This document shows, one piece after another, positions 11,728-24,789 of a DNA stretch of 64,000 bases. A model generated the notes under the pieces. The model saw nothing but the letters and a program-made list of their open reading frames with translations, searched no databases and was not told the DNA's origin. Each line of letters starts with the position of its first letter. The first letter of the stretch is position 1. The stretch spans positions 62,001 to 126,000 of the forward strand of contig JBHGNT010000015.1 in assembly GCA_043228905.1 (NCBI GenBank), in the 5' to 3' direction. Made by a program: the position numbers and the translations under genes. This DNA is from Azolla caroliniana. Taxonomy: Eukaryota; Plantae; Polypodiophyta.

Positions 11728-12891
11728 ATGGCTGCCATTAACTCAGAAGAATATCTCACCCTTGTTGCAGAAATGGAGAACCTTAAATCGAAGTTCGCAT
11801 CTCTTGAAGTAGAGAATCAACGTCTACTTGGGGATCTACAAAAGGTTACTATAGAGAAGCAACAACAACAAGAGGAGTTCACGCGACGAGTGCAACAGTT
11901 AGAGTCGACAATCGTCGTGTTACAACAACAAAGGGTTGAAGGTCAGGGACTTATCAAGGAGCCCAAAATTAGCCTCCCGGCTAAATTTGATGGGTCGAGG
12001 CCGCATTTCCGAGGTTTTTTGAATCAAGTACGGTTGGTGATTCAAATGCATCCCGCACGTTATCCAACAGATGCATCACGAGTCGGGCTAGTGGGCACTT
12101 TATTGACTGGCATAGCGTTGTCGTGGTTTGCTCCATTGCTAGAGACCAATTCTCCTCTACTGAATAATTTCGAGGAATTTATCAAGGAATTTAAGGCTTG
12201 TTTCGGAGATACTGATGGGGCGAGAACAGCTATCAACAAGATTCGTACACTTCATCAAGGTGATCAACCAGCTTCAACATATGCTGCCAATTTCCGTCTC
12301 ATCGCAAGCGATATTCCTTGGGATGAACAAGCCCTAATGGAGCAATTCCGTTCAGGCCTTCGTAGTGATGTTAAAGACTTACTTCTTACCTTCCCCGAGG
12401 ATCCAAGGTCACTTACAGAAGCTATTAGTCGAGCAATACGGTGTGATAATCGCCTTTTTGAGCGTCGATGTGAGTGACAACAACAAATAACAAGATCTAG
12501 ATTCACACCAACTTATGCATCAGTAACGGCGCAATCATCCCCAAGACAAATGTATAGCCCTGCTCCAACTCCAAGGCAAACACGTAGTCCAGTCCCAATG
12601 GATAGTCCTACACCCATGGAGATCGATATGACTCAACGACGAGGACCGTTGTCAGACAAAGAGAAGCAACGTCGTCGAGCAAACCATCTGTGCTTATATT
12701 GTGGAGGTCCAGGACATATAGCCATTCATTGCTCCCGTAGGCCGAGACGTCAGGTAAATCAAATTCACTATGACAATAAAAATGAGTCCAACATTTTAGA
12801 AGTAGTTAGTGAATCTAATATTATGAATAATCCACCCTTGTCCAATAAATTTGAAGTCCTAAGCCAATTAGAAGAGGAGTCAAACGAATAA
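11728..12891 (+). pseudogene. Chromovirus gag (PEG10/sushi-like)
   Basis: EPKISLPAKFDGSR, PTPMEID and CLYCGGPGHIAIHC motifs. In-frame TGA at 12475-12477. Confidence 0.92.
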
Positions 12892-15800
12892 GTCCGGCCA
12901 AAATAGGAGCCATTTGGTTGGACAACCCTAGATATGTACAACCTAGTGTGGGTTCCATTTCTTCCAAGCATGTTAGTAGAGTCTTCTCAGCCCTAGTACA
13001 AGTTAGGACACCCAGTTGTCAACTTCAAGTCCAAGCCCTCTTAGATACTGGAGCCAATTCTTGTTTCATGGATAGAGATTTTGCCCAAAAACACCAAATA
13101 TCCTTGCACACACTTCCTTGTCCAGTTTCCATAGTAGTGATTGATGGACGCCCCATAGCTTCCGGGAAGATATTTGAAGAGTCTGAGTCAATACACATAC
13201 TCTTGGGTGATTTAGGATGTGTAGTTTCCTTTAACATAATCCGTAGTCCTGAGCATCCAATTGTCCTCGGTTTGCCATGGTTCGAGCTACATAACCCTAG
13301 AATCGATTGGAGGAAGCGAGAAATTAGGTGCCCTTTAGCAGAAAATATCATTGTCAAGGATCGAACTCGGGATTATCCTCCCAAAGTATATAGTTCTACC
13401 GATGCACCATATCCTTCTCATCAAATTTCAGCCATCACATTGCAACAATTGCACCAAGTGGGAGGCAAGGAGGACCTTTTCTTATTTGCAGTATCAGTGA
13501 CACCTTCTAGTGTCACTCAAGGGAATTCAGACATCCAAATTCCCAAAAAATATCAAGACTATGCTGATGTTTTCGACAAAGTCAAAGCTAGTGTTCTTCC
13601 AAAGCATCGGCCGTACGACTGTCCTATTGATCTCCAACCAGGAAAAGAGCCTCCGTGGGGTCCAATTTACAATTTATCACCCACTAAGCTTGAGGTTCTT
13701 CGAGAATACATCGAGGAAAATCTTGCACATGGGTTTATTCGACATTCAAAGTCTCCAGCTGGTGCTCCTATCTTTTTTGTGAAGAAAAAGGACGGCTCCC
13801 TTCGTTTGGTCGTGGACTATCGAGGCTTAAATAAAGTCACCATAAGGAATAGGTATGCTTTACCTTTAATCTCCAATCTCTTAGAACGCATTGGTGGGGC
13901 AAAGCATTTTACCAAAATTGATCTAAGGGGTGCATATAATCTTGTTCGAATTCGGCCAGGAGATGAGTGGAAAACAACATTTCGTACTCGGTATGGTCAT
14001 TTCGAGTATACAGTCATGCCTTTCGGGCTCACAAATGCACCTGCCATATTCCAACATATGGCAAATGACATCTTCCGGGATTTCTTGGATATTTTTCTAA
14101 TCATCTACCTAGATGATCTATTGATTTACTCTAAAACACAGGGGGAGCATGATATACATGTGCGGCAAGTACTTGAACGCCTAAGGAAGTATGGTCTTTA
14201 CGCCAAACTTGAGAAATGCAGTTTTGATTGCAAACAAGTCGAATTTTTGGGATACACTATTTCATCCTAGGGTGTTTTCATGGACCCGGCAAAAGTCCAA
14301 ACAATATTGGAATGGAAACCCCCATGCTCAGTTCGGGATGTCCAGTGTTTCCTTGGATTTGCGAACTTCTATCGCAAATTCATACATAATTATTCAAGCA
14401 TTGTGTTGCCCCTTACTCAACTCACCAAGAAAAATCAAGCATTTTTTTGGAGTATCGAAGCAGACAAGGCTTTTACGCAACTAAAAGAGGCATTCACATC
14501 AGCACCTATCCTAGCACATATTGATCCTGAAAAGCCATTTACTATTGAGGCGGATGCATCAGACTTTGCATTGGGGAGTATCCTATCACAACCAGGCGAG
14601 GACGGGCAGATACATCCAGTCGCGTTTCACTCGAGAAAGTTTACTGTTTCGGAGATAAACTATGAGGTGCATGACAAGGAGTTACTAGCTGTGGTCGACT
14701 CATTCGAGCAATGGCGTCATTTTCTAGAAGGATCACCTCATCAGATTATCATTTATAGTGATCACAAAAATCTCACATATTTTCAAACAGCTCGAGTATT
14801 AAATAGACGACAAGCTCGGTGGGCCCAATTTCTAACGCGTTTCGATTTCAAGATCATTTTTCGCCCCAGAAAACAACAAGGGAAAGGGGATGCTCTATCT
14901 CGGCGTTCGTATCTAGCACTTCGACCTGGAGATCCGGCCTTTGACAATCAAAAGCAAACTCTCCTCGAGCCATCAAAGTTATAGGTAACAACAATTTATG
15001 CCACACCACTTGATTCTACCCTTCTTGACACTATTCGGCAACAACTTCATTCGGATGATTTTGCTAAGGATGTCTTAGCCCACTGTGGTTCAAGTCGTCC
15101 ATCTTGCTCCACATTGCCAGGGTCATCTCAACATTATAAGGACTTCACGTGGCAAGATGGTTTACTCTTCTACAAGAATCTCCTTTACGTCCCCGACGGA
15201 TCACCCCGACTTCAAGTGTTGGAACATTGTCATGATGCCCCCATGGCTGGACATTTTGGTATTTCCAAGACCATTGAGCTGGTGAAACGTTCGTTTTGGT
15301 GGCCTCACTTGCAAAAATTTGTCGAAGATTATGTTCGCACTTGTGACACCTGCTGTCGCGCCAAAATACCCCGGCATCACCCTTATGGCTTACTACAACC
15401 ATTACCCCCTCCCAACAAGCCATGGCAGTCTATTTCTATGGATTTCATTACGGATCTGCCACCTTCCAAAGGCTTTGATACTATTTTAACAGTAGTGGAT
15501 CGGTTCACCAAGATGGCACATTTTGTACCATGTGTAAAGACCATCAATAGTAAAGAAACTGCAGATCTCATTATGCGTGAAGTGTTTCGTCATCATGGTC
15601 TCCCGAATGATATTATTAGCGATCGAGGTCCTCAATTTATCTCACACTTTTGGAAGCACCTATAGGCAAGCCTCAAAATCTCTTGCAAACTCTCTTCGGC
15701 TTATCATCCACAAACTGACGGACAAACAGAGCGCACAAATCAAACGCTCGAGCAATATCTTCGATGTTTCATTAGTTATCAACAAGATGATTGGAGTAAA

Positions 15801-16547
15801 ATTTTACATCTTGCTGAGTTTGCATACAACAACACGGTCCACTCTTCTACCAAACTTACACCTTTCTTTGCCTACACCGGCAACCACCCTCGATGGTGTA
15901 TACTGGATCTTCCCGAGGTGTCACGAAACCCTAGTGCGGCGCATCACCTCCACCGACTACAACAAATCCAGTTCGAGTTATCGTCACATCTTCAGAAAGC
16001 GCAAGCACACCATAAGACCAATGTCGATCGACATCGTCTTAAGTCTCCGTTTAAGGTTGGTGACCGTGTATGGTTGCTTCGTCGTCACATCAAGACTACC
16101 CGACCGTGTGCTAAGCTTGACTATCAACGCTTAGGTCCTTTTGTCATCACGGTGCAGATTAATGATGCAACATTTCGTCTTAACCTTCCTGCACATATGC
16201 GGCTTCACCCTGTCTTTCATAGCTCTCTTTTGGAACCTTGCCACACCTCTTTAATTCCTGATCGTGTCGTGCCACCACCGCCTTCTGTACAACTTGTGGA
16301 CGGCCCCGAATACGAGGTAGCTGCTATTCTCGATTCTAAGATTGTGCGCAATAAGCTTTATTATCTAGTTGATTGGCTTGGTTATCCTCCGAGTGATCGC
16401 ACTTGGGAACCCATCGATAACGTTTGTAATGCTGAAGCTCTGGTCAACGACTTCCATCGTCACTATCCAAACAAGCCCGGCCCAACAATGTTAACGCCGA
16501 CTTCCACTCGGCGTTCTCGAAGGAGGGATAATGTCATGAACACATGA
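12885..16547 (+). pseudogene. Chromovirus pol (PR-RT-RH-IN-chromodomain), -1 frame relative to gag
   Basis: ALLDTGA, MPFGLTNAP, YLDD, ADASD, integrase, and chromodomain EYEVAAILDSK...YLVDWLGY...TWEP. Three in-frame TAGs (14268, 14982, 15663); no frameshifts. Confidence 0.93.
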
Positions 16548-16930
16548 CCATTATGGCGTCACCCGGACTTGAACCTCGAACCTTGTAATTCATACTTGAA
16601 AACCTCAACCATTAAGATAGCTTATTGTTATATGAAACAATAAAAGCTACTTCTTGTATTACATTGATTATTGTAAAAACTCTAGATTATTCTAGAATGT
16701 CCTAGAGCATTCTAGGTCTAGAACATTCTAGAACATTCTAGAAATCTCTAAGCTATTCTATAGGAACCTATAAATAAGCGCATACATGTATTCTCAAATC
16801 AATTCGAATCAACACCAGTCTTTAGCTCTCATTACATATCTTGTATCCATTCTCTTTCTTTCTCTATCTTATACATCCATTCTTCTCTATCCTTCTTCCA
16901 TCACTCTATCTTTTATCCTTGGTTCTGACA
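16532..16930 (+). repeat. 3' LTR of chromovirus (399 bp)
   Basis: Matches 10971-11261 in U3. TATA-like TATAAATA near 16769. Internal inverted TCTAGAATGT/ACATTCTAGA units. Confidence 0.95.
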
Positions 16931-19900
16931 TGTGTCGGCACGAGAATTCTCTCCGAATGCCTTCACTTTGGAGGTAGGAGGTGAACTCATCGGAGAAGTA
17001 CTCCTTGCCTCCATCCGATCGTAGGCATCAAATGTGCCAAACCGGTTTCTTTTTCAACTTGCCCCTTGAGCTTTTGGAAGTGGGAGAACACTTCGTTCTT
17101 CTTCTTCATCGGGTAGATCCACGCGTAGCGTGAGTAGTCATCGATGAAGGTTACGTAGTATCGGCATCCGCCGATCGTCACCGTTTGAGCCGGTCCCCAT
17201 ACATCCGAGTGTATGACGTCAAGGAGGCCTTTGCTTGTGGAGCTCTCCTTCGGGAATGGGAGTTAATGTTGTTTGCCGAGTTGACATGCTTCGCATACTC
17301 GGTCAACTCGTTTCGACTCGAATGTCGGAAGTCCGATGACGACTCTCTTGGTTTGCATTGCTCGTAGCCATTGGAGGTTTATGTGGCCGATTCTCTTGTG
17401 CCACAACTCGATGCTTGTCTCAGTTTTGAGACCTTTCACCTCGTTCGAATCAAGGATGAACATTCGGCCATCTCTTCGCCCCTTAGCTATGAGTCGGCCA
17501 TCTTTCTCAATGAAACAACCTTCGTTGTTGAAGTGGACTTGCATGCCTTGCTCCACAATTTGGCCGACCGAGACCAAATTCTTCGTTATTGTGGGCACGT
17601 GCAAGACATTCTTGATGCAAGTTTGCTTGCCTTCTTTCCCGAATGGGATATTGCCGATGTGTTGAATGGGGTACGTGGTGTCGTCTCCCGTCTCTATGAA
17701 GCCGGGTCGATCCGGCATTCGTAAATCATGAAACCACTCTTCGTGAGATGTCATGTGATGTGAGGCGCCGGAGTCGACGAACCACACGTCTTCCGAGTTG
17801 GAGGCCGTCATAGAGTTCGCTCTATGCCTCATTATGAACATTTTGCCACGATCGCCGTAGTCGGAATTTGGGGCGTAATTTGTAAACATTTCACTACGAT
17901 CGTCGTAGTCAGAATTTGATGCGTGTTTCGTGATCATTCCGCTACGATTGTCGTAGTCGGAGTTCGATGCGTAGTTTGTGAGTTGTCGACTTGTTGAAGC
18001 CGACTCACTTTGCTTTTTCTGACACTCCGCCTCATAGTGGCCAACTTTGTTGCAATAATTGCAAGTTGCGGGCCTCGTTTGCTGACCATGTTCGGCGTGG
18101 AAGCTCCCCCTTCTTCCGAAGGTTCCTCGATGGCTTCCGTGAATGTTTGAGTTCCCTTTTGTGCGATGGGCCGAATTGGCCTCTTCTACCACCATGACCT
18201 CCTCCTCGGCCACCATCCGAATTCGAGAAGAACATTTGTGCTTCCAACATCTTGCTTTTGGTTCGGACGTGGTTCTCTTCGACCAATAGCATTGATTGGA
18301 GGTCGAAGAATGAAGGAAGGTTTTCTCTTGCCAAGATTGCCGTCCTCAACGAGTCGAATCGTTGTGCGAGGCCGCCCAAGCATACTTGAACCTTCTCGTC
18401 TTCGTCGACGTTAGATTTTATTAGGGCCAATCATAGCCTACTTCGTTCGCTTTGATTGAACTATTTGAACTCTGAAATTAGATATCAAATGAGGACGTTA
18501 TGAGCTTTTTTGTTCACGTGGGCGCTCTTATTTCAAATATATGCATCTAAGCTGGACTTGGCTTTTCTCGTTTTTTAAGTTGTTGGCGTATCCAAAGGCA
18601 ATGACAAGTACCTCTGCTTTCCTAGACACTTTTGCTCATGCCATTCATTTTTCTTTGATATTGTTGGTCATGGTGAAAATCTTGGTGAAAAAATGGGCAT
18701 CACGCAAATTGTAAGGTAGACATAATCTTGTATATGGCCCTCTAATCACAATCTCATATTGGGAAATTGGATCAAATTCAAGATGGTCATGATCACAAAT
18801 TATAAATGTGATAAGTACCCATGGGAATCTGGAAATCCAATCCAATAAGGCCAAATAGAAGGAATCCAAGACCATGTGATATGTATTTACGAGAAGAGAA
18901 GAGGGGCATTTGTGTATGTGTGTTTGTGATATTGAACGTAACACACGCAATCCAAGTGGAGTTGCAAAATGTTGTTTTGAATTGAAAAACTATAGGATGG
19001 GTAAACATGGGGAAACTCGCAACTCTATTGAAGGCACAAACACCTAATATTGTTTGGGCTCTGCACCATATGTGTACTTGAACTAAGCTAAAGTTTATGA
19101 CACCCCCCCACCCCAACAAAAAAAGGAAGAATAAAACATTTTTCAAGTCCATAATTTATAAACAAATTCTTTGTCAATGCACATGCAAGTTTCCCAATGC
19201 CATAGACATAATAATATGAGGTTCTGCATGGCTAATTGTTTGGTCCAAGTACGTGAGATGGTGGTGTACACATGGGCAAGATCAAAATCATCAATATAAA
19301 TGGGCATAATAATGTGAGGTTTGGCATGGCTAATTGTTTGGTCCACGTATGTGAGATGGTGCACACATGGGCATGAGCAAAGGCATCAATATGCGTGGGG
19401 CATACGAGAGGTTGGATACCGAGAGGTGCAACGGGCACATGCAATTTAGGAATCAATATGATGCATGACAGAGGTGCAAAGGCCCACGCATGCATGATTG
19501 GATAAGCTTTAGGAACGATATGATGCAATTATGTATGTGTATGTATTATGTATTATGTATAGGCGAAGGGGAGGAAGAAGATAAGGAGGGGACCCACCCA
19601 GCTTCATTCATTCGTGCATTCCTATATGTATGTATGTATAAATGTATGTGTATCAGTATGTATGTATATGTATTCATTCGTTAGTTGTTAGCTCGAAAGG
19701 GAAAGAGAATAGTTAAGTTGGGTTGGGTTGTTTGTTAGGTAGCGCTTGTGTGAGTTATGTGTGTGTGTGTGTGTGTCTCCTCCTCCGTCTTCTCCCCCAG
19801 AACGAGGGGGTAAATTATTTTTGGGCATCTAGTCTACCTTTTCCACTTTTTATTTTTTGTGGAGACAAATAATAATATACATATAGATAGCCGTTGAATC

Positions 19901-20083
19901 TCGAAAAGACACTCACACACACAACTCACACATACACATACACATACACAGACACAGACACAGACACAGACAAAAAAGAAGCAGGGGAAGAAAGATCTGC
20001 AGCAATTTCGCGGACTCACCTTTCCTGTCGCTTCGAAGCTGCACTTAACTTCTTCTGCTTCTTGGTCTCCTTCTGGGGGATTG

Positions 20084-20107
20084 TTTAGGGTTTAGGGTTT
20101 AGGGTTT
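20084..20107 (+). promoter_or_regulatory. Telo-box / telomeric repeat triplet in the glucanase 5' region
   Basis: (TTTAGGG)3TTT ending 10 nt before the ATG at 20118. Confidence 0.55.
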
Positions 20108-20117
20108 GGTGTTTGCG

Positions 20118-21843
20118 ATGCCAAGTGAGCAGGAGCACCGTCGTCAGTGTCTCTCTTTGCCGTCCCCATCATCATGTAGTAGTAGTAGTAGTAGGAGTAG
20201 TAGATCGGAGCTCCTTCTTCTACTTGGAGTCATCATGATGATGGCTCTGCTGCTGCTACTAGCAACGGCAGGGCAGAAGGTAGAGGGGGCAGCGGTGGGG
20301 GTGAACTGGGGCACTCAAGCATCGCACAGGCTGCCGTCTCGCACTGTGGTGCAGATGCTGAAAGACAACAATTTCACGCGCGTGAAGCTCTTCGACACGG
20401 ACCCGACCACTCTGTCCGCCCTAGCAGGTACGACCATAGAGGTGATGGTAGCTATCCCCAACCTCTACCTCAAATACATGACTGACCTGCCCACGGCCAA
20501 GAGCTTCGTGCAGAAGAACATCAGCCGCTACCTCTTCCAAGGAGGAGTCAACATCAAGTAGGTCTTTTGCAGGTCCCTTACCTAATCTAAATCTAATCTT
20601 TCCTTTTCCTCTCCTTTTTTTTTTTTTTGCTTCTATGAGACCTACCTGATCATTTAGGGGTTGTTGTTGTTGTTAACTATGTGTGTGCAGGTATGTTGCT
20701 GTGGGCAACGAGCCGTTTCTCACCTCCTATAATCGAAGCTTCATTTCTCTCACTTACCCAGCACTTCAAAACGTGCAGGCTGCGCTCAACGCTGCGGGCT
20801 TGGGCACACAGGTCAAAGTGACTGTGCCCATGAACGCCGACGTTCTCTCCTCTGCTGGGCCTCCTTCTAGTGGGGCTTTCCGAAGCGACATTGCTGGTCA
20901 GATGAAGCAGATCGTGGACCTCTTGTCCCAAAACGGCTGCCCCTACACCATCAACATGTACCCGTTCATCAGCTTGAATAGCGACCCTTCCTTCCCGCAG
21001 AACTACGCCTTCTTCGACAGTTCCGTGGTGCAGGTATCTGACCCTCCCTATGCCTACACCAACACCTTCGACGCCAGCTATGACACGCTCGTGGTGGCAC
21101 TTGGCAAGATCGGGCACTCCGACATCCCCATCATTGTGGGTGAAGTCGGGTGGCCTACCGACGGTGTCACAGCAGCCAATGTGGCAAATGCACAACGCTT
21201 CAACCAAGGCTTCCTGAACCATGTCAGAAATAATGCAGGAACTCCACGCCGCCCCAACACGGAGATCAATTACTACCTCTTCGGCCTCTTGGATGAGGAC
21301 CAGAAGAGCATCGATCCAGGTGCCTTTGAGCGGCACTGGGGTGTGTTTGCCTATGATGGAACCACCAAATACCCTCTCACTGTGCCCGGATCTCCCCTCA
21401 ATGCTGCTGGAAATGGTACCCTTGTCAACGCTAAAGGGGTCTCCTACCTCAGCAAACGATGGTGCATTTTGTCTCCCACAGCTGACCTTCTGAGCTTACA
21501 GAACCCTGTGAGCTTCGCATGTCAGGAGTCGGACTGCACTGAGCTGGGCTATGGCGCCTCCTGCTATGGCCTCCTTGATGCACGAGGTAATGCCTCCTAT
21601 GCCTTCAACCAGTACTACCAAATACAGGGCCAAACCGCCGGTTCCTGCAATTTCAACGGCCTGGGCTCTATCACTCAGAACGATCCATCTGTGGGCAGCT
21701 GTAAATTCATTATTCAGATCAGCACGAATTCTGCTGGCACCTCACCTCGGTTGCCAACACTGTTCCACTCCCTTATTGCTGCTGCTACCGTCTTCTTCTC
21801 CTCATCTTTCTTCCTCTGCCCAGGAGTTCTGCTGTTACTGTAG
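20118..21843 (+). CDS. Glucan endo-1,3-beta-glucosidase (GH17 + X8/CBM43, probably GPI-anchored); exons 20118-20557 and 20691-21843, about 530 aa
   Basis: Signal peptide; GVNWG, VKLFD, YVAVGNEPF (formed across a GT-AG intron), IVGEVGWPTDG, FERHWG; Cys-rich X8 domain; hydrophobic C-terminus. Start codon could be the ATG cluster near 20235. Confidence 0.95.
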
Positions 21844-22927
21844 CAGGAAGAAGGCCGCCACAACAGGTGTCTGTCTCTGTGTGGATAACGTCAATTATGT
21901 TACTACTTTTCCATTCAATCCTATTTTTTTTGGAAAGGCCGCGTCTTCGTGTCACTAAGTAAGTATAGTATAGTATAGTATAGTATGTATGTATTTCTTC
22001 CATTCCATTCCCTCTTTCGAACTACATATTGAAGGCTATGAAGCCCGTGCCCTTTAAGTATTGTATTGTATTGTATTGGTTGTGGTAGCTACAACACTAC
22101 ACTACTAGCATAAGTGTAGCATAACATAGCAGCACACAACACATAGAGACCACCCCTACCACACAAGTCTCTTAAACTCCAACACAATTGCCTACAAAAG
22201 GCGCCAAATGAAGGCCCAATTTTTCCCTAGGGTTATATGAATGAATTTTGAGAGTTTTGTATTTAATTCGACTCCTACTGATTTGATTTCGATCGTCACG
22301 AAAATCTTTCTGCCAAGCTTCAATCTTTTTAGCTCTGCTCCGGACCCCTCCTTCCAGCGGAGCTGGCCTTCAATTAATTCATTGTGTATGCTGGCCATTC
22401 TAGAACATTTGACAGAGACAGACACACCATCATCTCTGTCTAAGCTCCTCCCTAAATGAAGTATGAGAGTAAAACATTTGCACGGCCAGCCCTTTGCTAA
22501 TAAATACATCTATCACTACAAACGCTCCATCTGTTTCAGGCCGTAAATTAATAAAGTTCCTTTATTCGATTGTTGAACGTGAAGTCGATGTATTAACTAC
22601 CCAAAAGCATCTTCTTTTAGTGGGCACTATGCCATGACAAGGCGCACAGAATATTGTGCACCTTCCTCCATTGCCCAACTGGAAGGATCCAACACGTATT
22701 CCAACTTATTATTATTGTCCTAAATATCGTATTTACGACTTACAAGTTTTTTGTTACCATGGTACCAAACCAGTGGTATGAGCGAGGTAGGCAAGTAGAA
22801 TGATACTCTTAAGTTGAAAATCATCATTTTACAAGCCAGACAATCTCTTATGTATACCTCTCATACCAAATATGGATTCTTTAAAGTGTGCCATATGTGC
22901 ACTAGCATTTGTTCGTAGCAAATGGTT

Positions 22928-23283
22928 GATCGTATGTGTTATTGGGAAAGGTGAAAACCACTATATAGGGATTAATTCTTATTGCAAAGTGGGTATTTGA
23001 GTAATTATGACCTAATTTAACTAGGAGTCTACCACTCTCTATATAGGATTGTATCTGTTATTCGGAAAGGTGAAAACCACTATATAGGGATTAATTCTTA
23101 TTGCAAAGTGGGTATTTGAGTAATTATGACCTAATTTAACTAGGAGTCTACCACTCTATATATATAGGATCCTATGTGTTATTTGGAAAGGTGAAAACCA
23201 CTATATACGGATTAATTCTTATCGCAAAGTGGGTATTTGAGTAATTATGGCAAAGTTTAACTAGGAGTCTACCACTCTTTATA
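22928..23283. repeat. Tandem repeat, 3 x ~120 bp
   Basis: GAAAGGTGAAAACCACTATATA...CTAGGAGTCTACCACTC recurs at 22946, 23065 and 23186. Confidence 0.9.
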
Positions 23284-24789
23284 TATATATATATATGTAT
23301 GTATGTATCATTGTTTATGTCATTTATACCGACATTAATGTCTCTATTATGGTAAATGTGGTCCATGAGATGTGCACCTCCAATTGTAAATAGTTGTATA
23401 ACATTGTAAATAGGTAGGTAGAATGTTATGTGGTTAACCTCCCAAAAGTAGTTCAACAATAAACACACATGTGCTCTATGCCACAAAAAATTGGATATGT
23501 ATGTACTAGGGGTTCTCAGACTATAATGTGCCTTGTACATGACATTTTCAAATTTGCCCTTTTAATTGTACTTGGAGACAAGAAGAGCATCCATCTCAAG
23601 AGGTGTTGGAATTGGTTAGCCCAAAACTCTTTTGGATTCTATAGAAACAACGATGCAGGTGAGTCTTCTCCAACCAAACCGCACATCCAACAAGGTTACT
23701 GCAAGAGATATGGAGTGAAATTGTAGCCACTCTAAAGAGCCAATATGATGGCCTTAAGAGTGGCTTCAATGGAGTTAAAAGACAATGAATAGCCTTCATC
23801 CAACAATGGTCATCCTCTCCCTTTCTTGAGTCCGTGGGCATCCACATAAGTTGGAACTATTGCGTCCCTACAGGGATTTGTACATAATCGTCTCATTTGT
23901 AAAATTTTATAACTATTAGAAGGAGGTTTTTTTGGAAAAAAATAAAATGAAAAAGAAGACGAAGAGTGTCCATCTTAGAAGAAAAACAATAATTAACAAA
24001 GAAGCTATATTTGTCATGTTCAAAATGTTTGAACAAATACAATTGTCATAAAAGGTTACACATTCCATAAGATACTATAAATAATCAAGTGCATGATTAT
24101 GTGATGTGGAAATAGATTAGATGTGTGTGTGTGTGTGTGTGTGTATGAGAGACAAGAGGGAAAAAAGAGATACGATAGATAGAAAAAACTAAAAATTGTG
24201 TATTCACAAGAACAAGAATGACAACCAATAGTTACAACCGGAGAGATGAGGGTGCTTATAAGGTCACCCTCTCTCTACACTCTCACTAAAAACGCCCTCT
24301 CGGGAAAGGGGGAAAACCTTAACTAACTCTTTAACTATGTGTAATAGAAGTTAAATTCTATGACACATTAGTTATTGTTACAAGGTGGTGGTGTGTTCAC
24401 ACACATTACCTACTCAGTTGTGTTCACAGTCTACTTGAGTTTGATTCTCAACAGACACTTACTCGTTTTTTAATCCTCTTTCCTCGAGCTTTATTGTAGT
24501 TGTGGCCATGTATATTCTCGTCCTAACCTTTCTTTTGAAGTAGAAAGAGTTATTTAAGACAAAAAATGAATGCATCATATCTTATTTCGCAATTTTATGT
24601 ACTAATGATTTTTTTTCCCAAAAAAGGAACGACTTTCTCATTAGTTAGGAGAGATTTTTACCAAAAAACAAGGTGACGTATATATATATATATATATATA
24701 TATATCAGGGAATCAGCCCTCATCGAGTTCCAAAATATGAGAAAGCAACTATGACTACGTACATGTCCTCTAATAAAACTATGGAAACA

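Larger units (their letters stand above)
10971..16930 (+). mobile_element. Ty3/Gypsy chromovirus (Tcn1/sushi-like) with rearranged 5' end
   Basis: TGTCA...TGACA termini, TSD TGTGT (10966-10970 and 16931-16935), 3' LTR 16532-16930, PPT 16519-16531. Domain order gag, PR, RT (YLDD), RH, IN, chromodomain. Confidence 0.95.
10564..18412 (-). mobile_element. Decayed Ty1/Copia C (family 2), 5'-truncated; host of A and the chromovirus
   Basis: 10564-10970 and 16936-18412 join into contiguous gag-ZnK-PR(WFVDSGAS)-integrase sequence homologous to 42780-44660. No LTR seen at the 18412 end. Confidence 0.9.

Noticed and set aside
20084-20107. Telomere or interstitial telomeric block
   Set aside because: Only three units, located in a gene 5' region; consistent with a telo-box.
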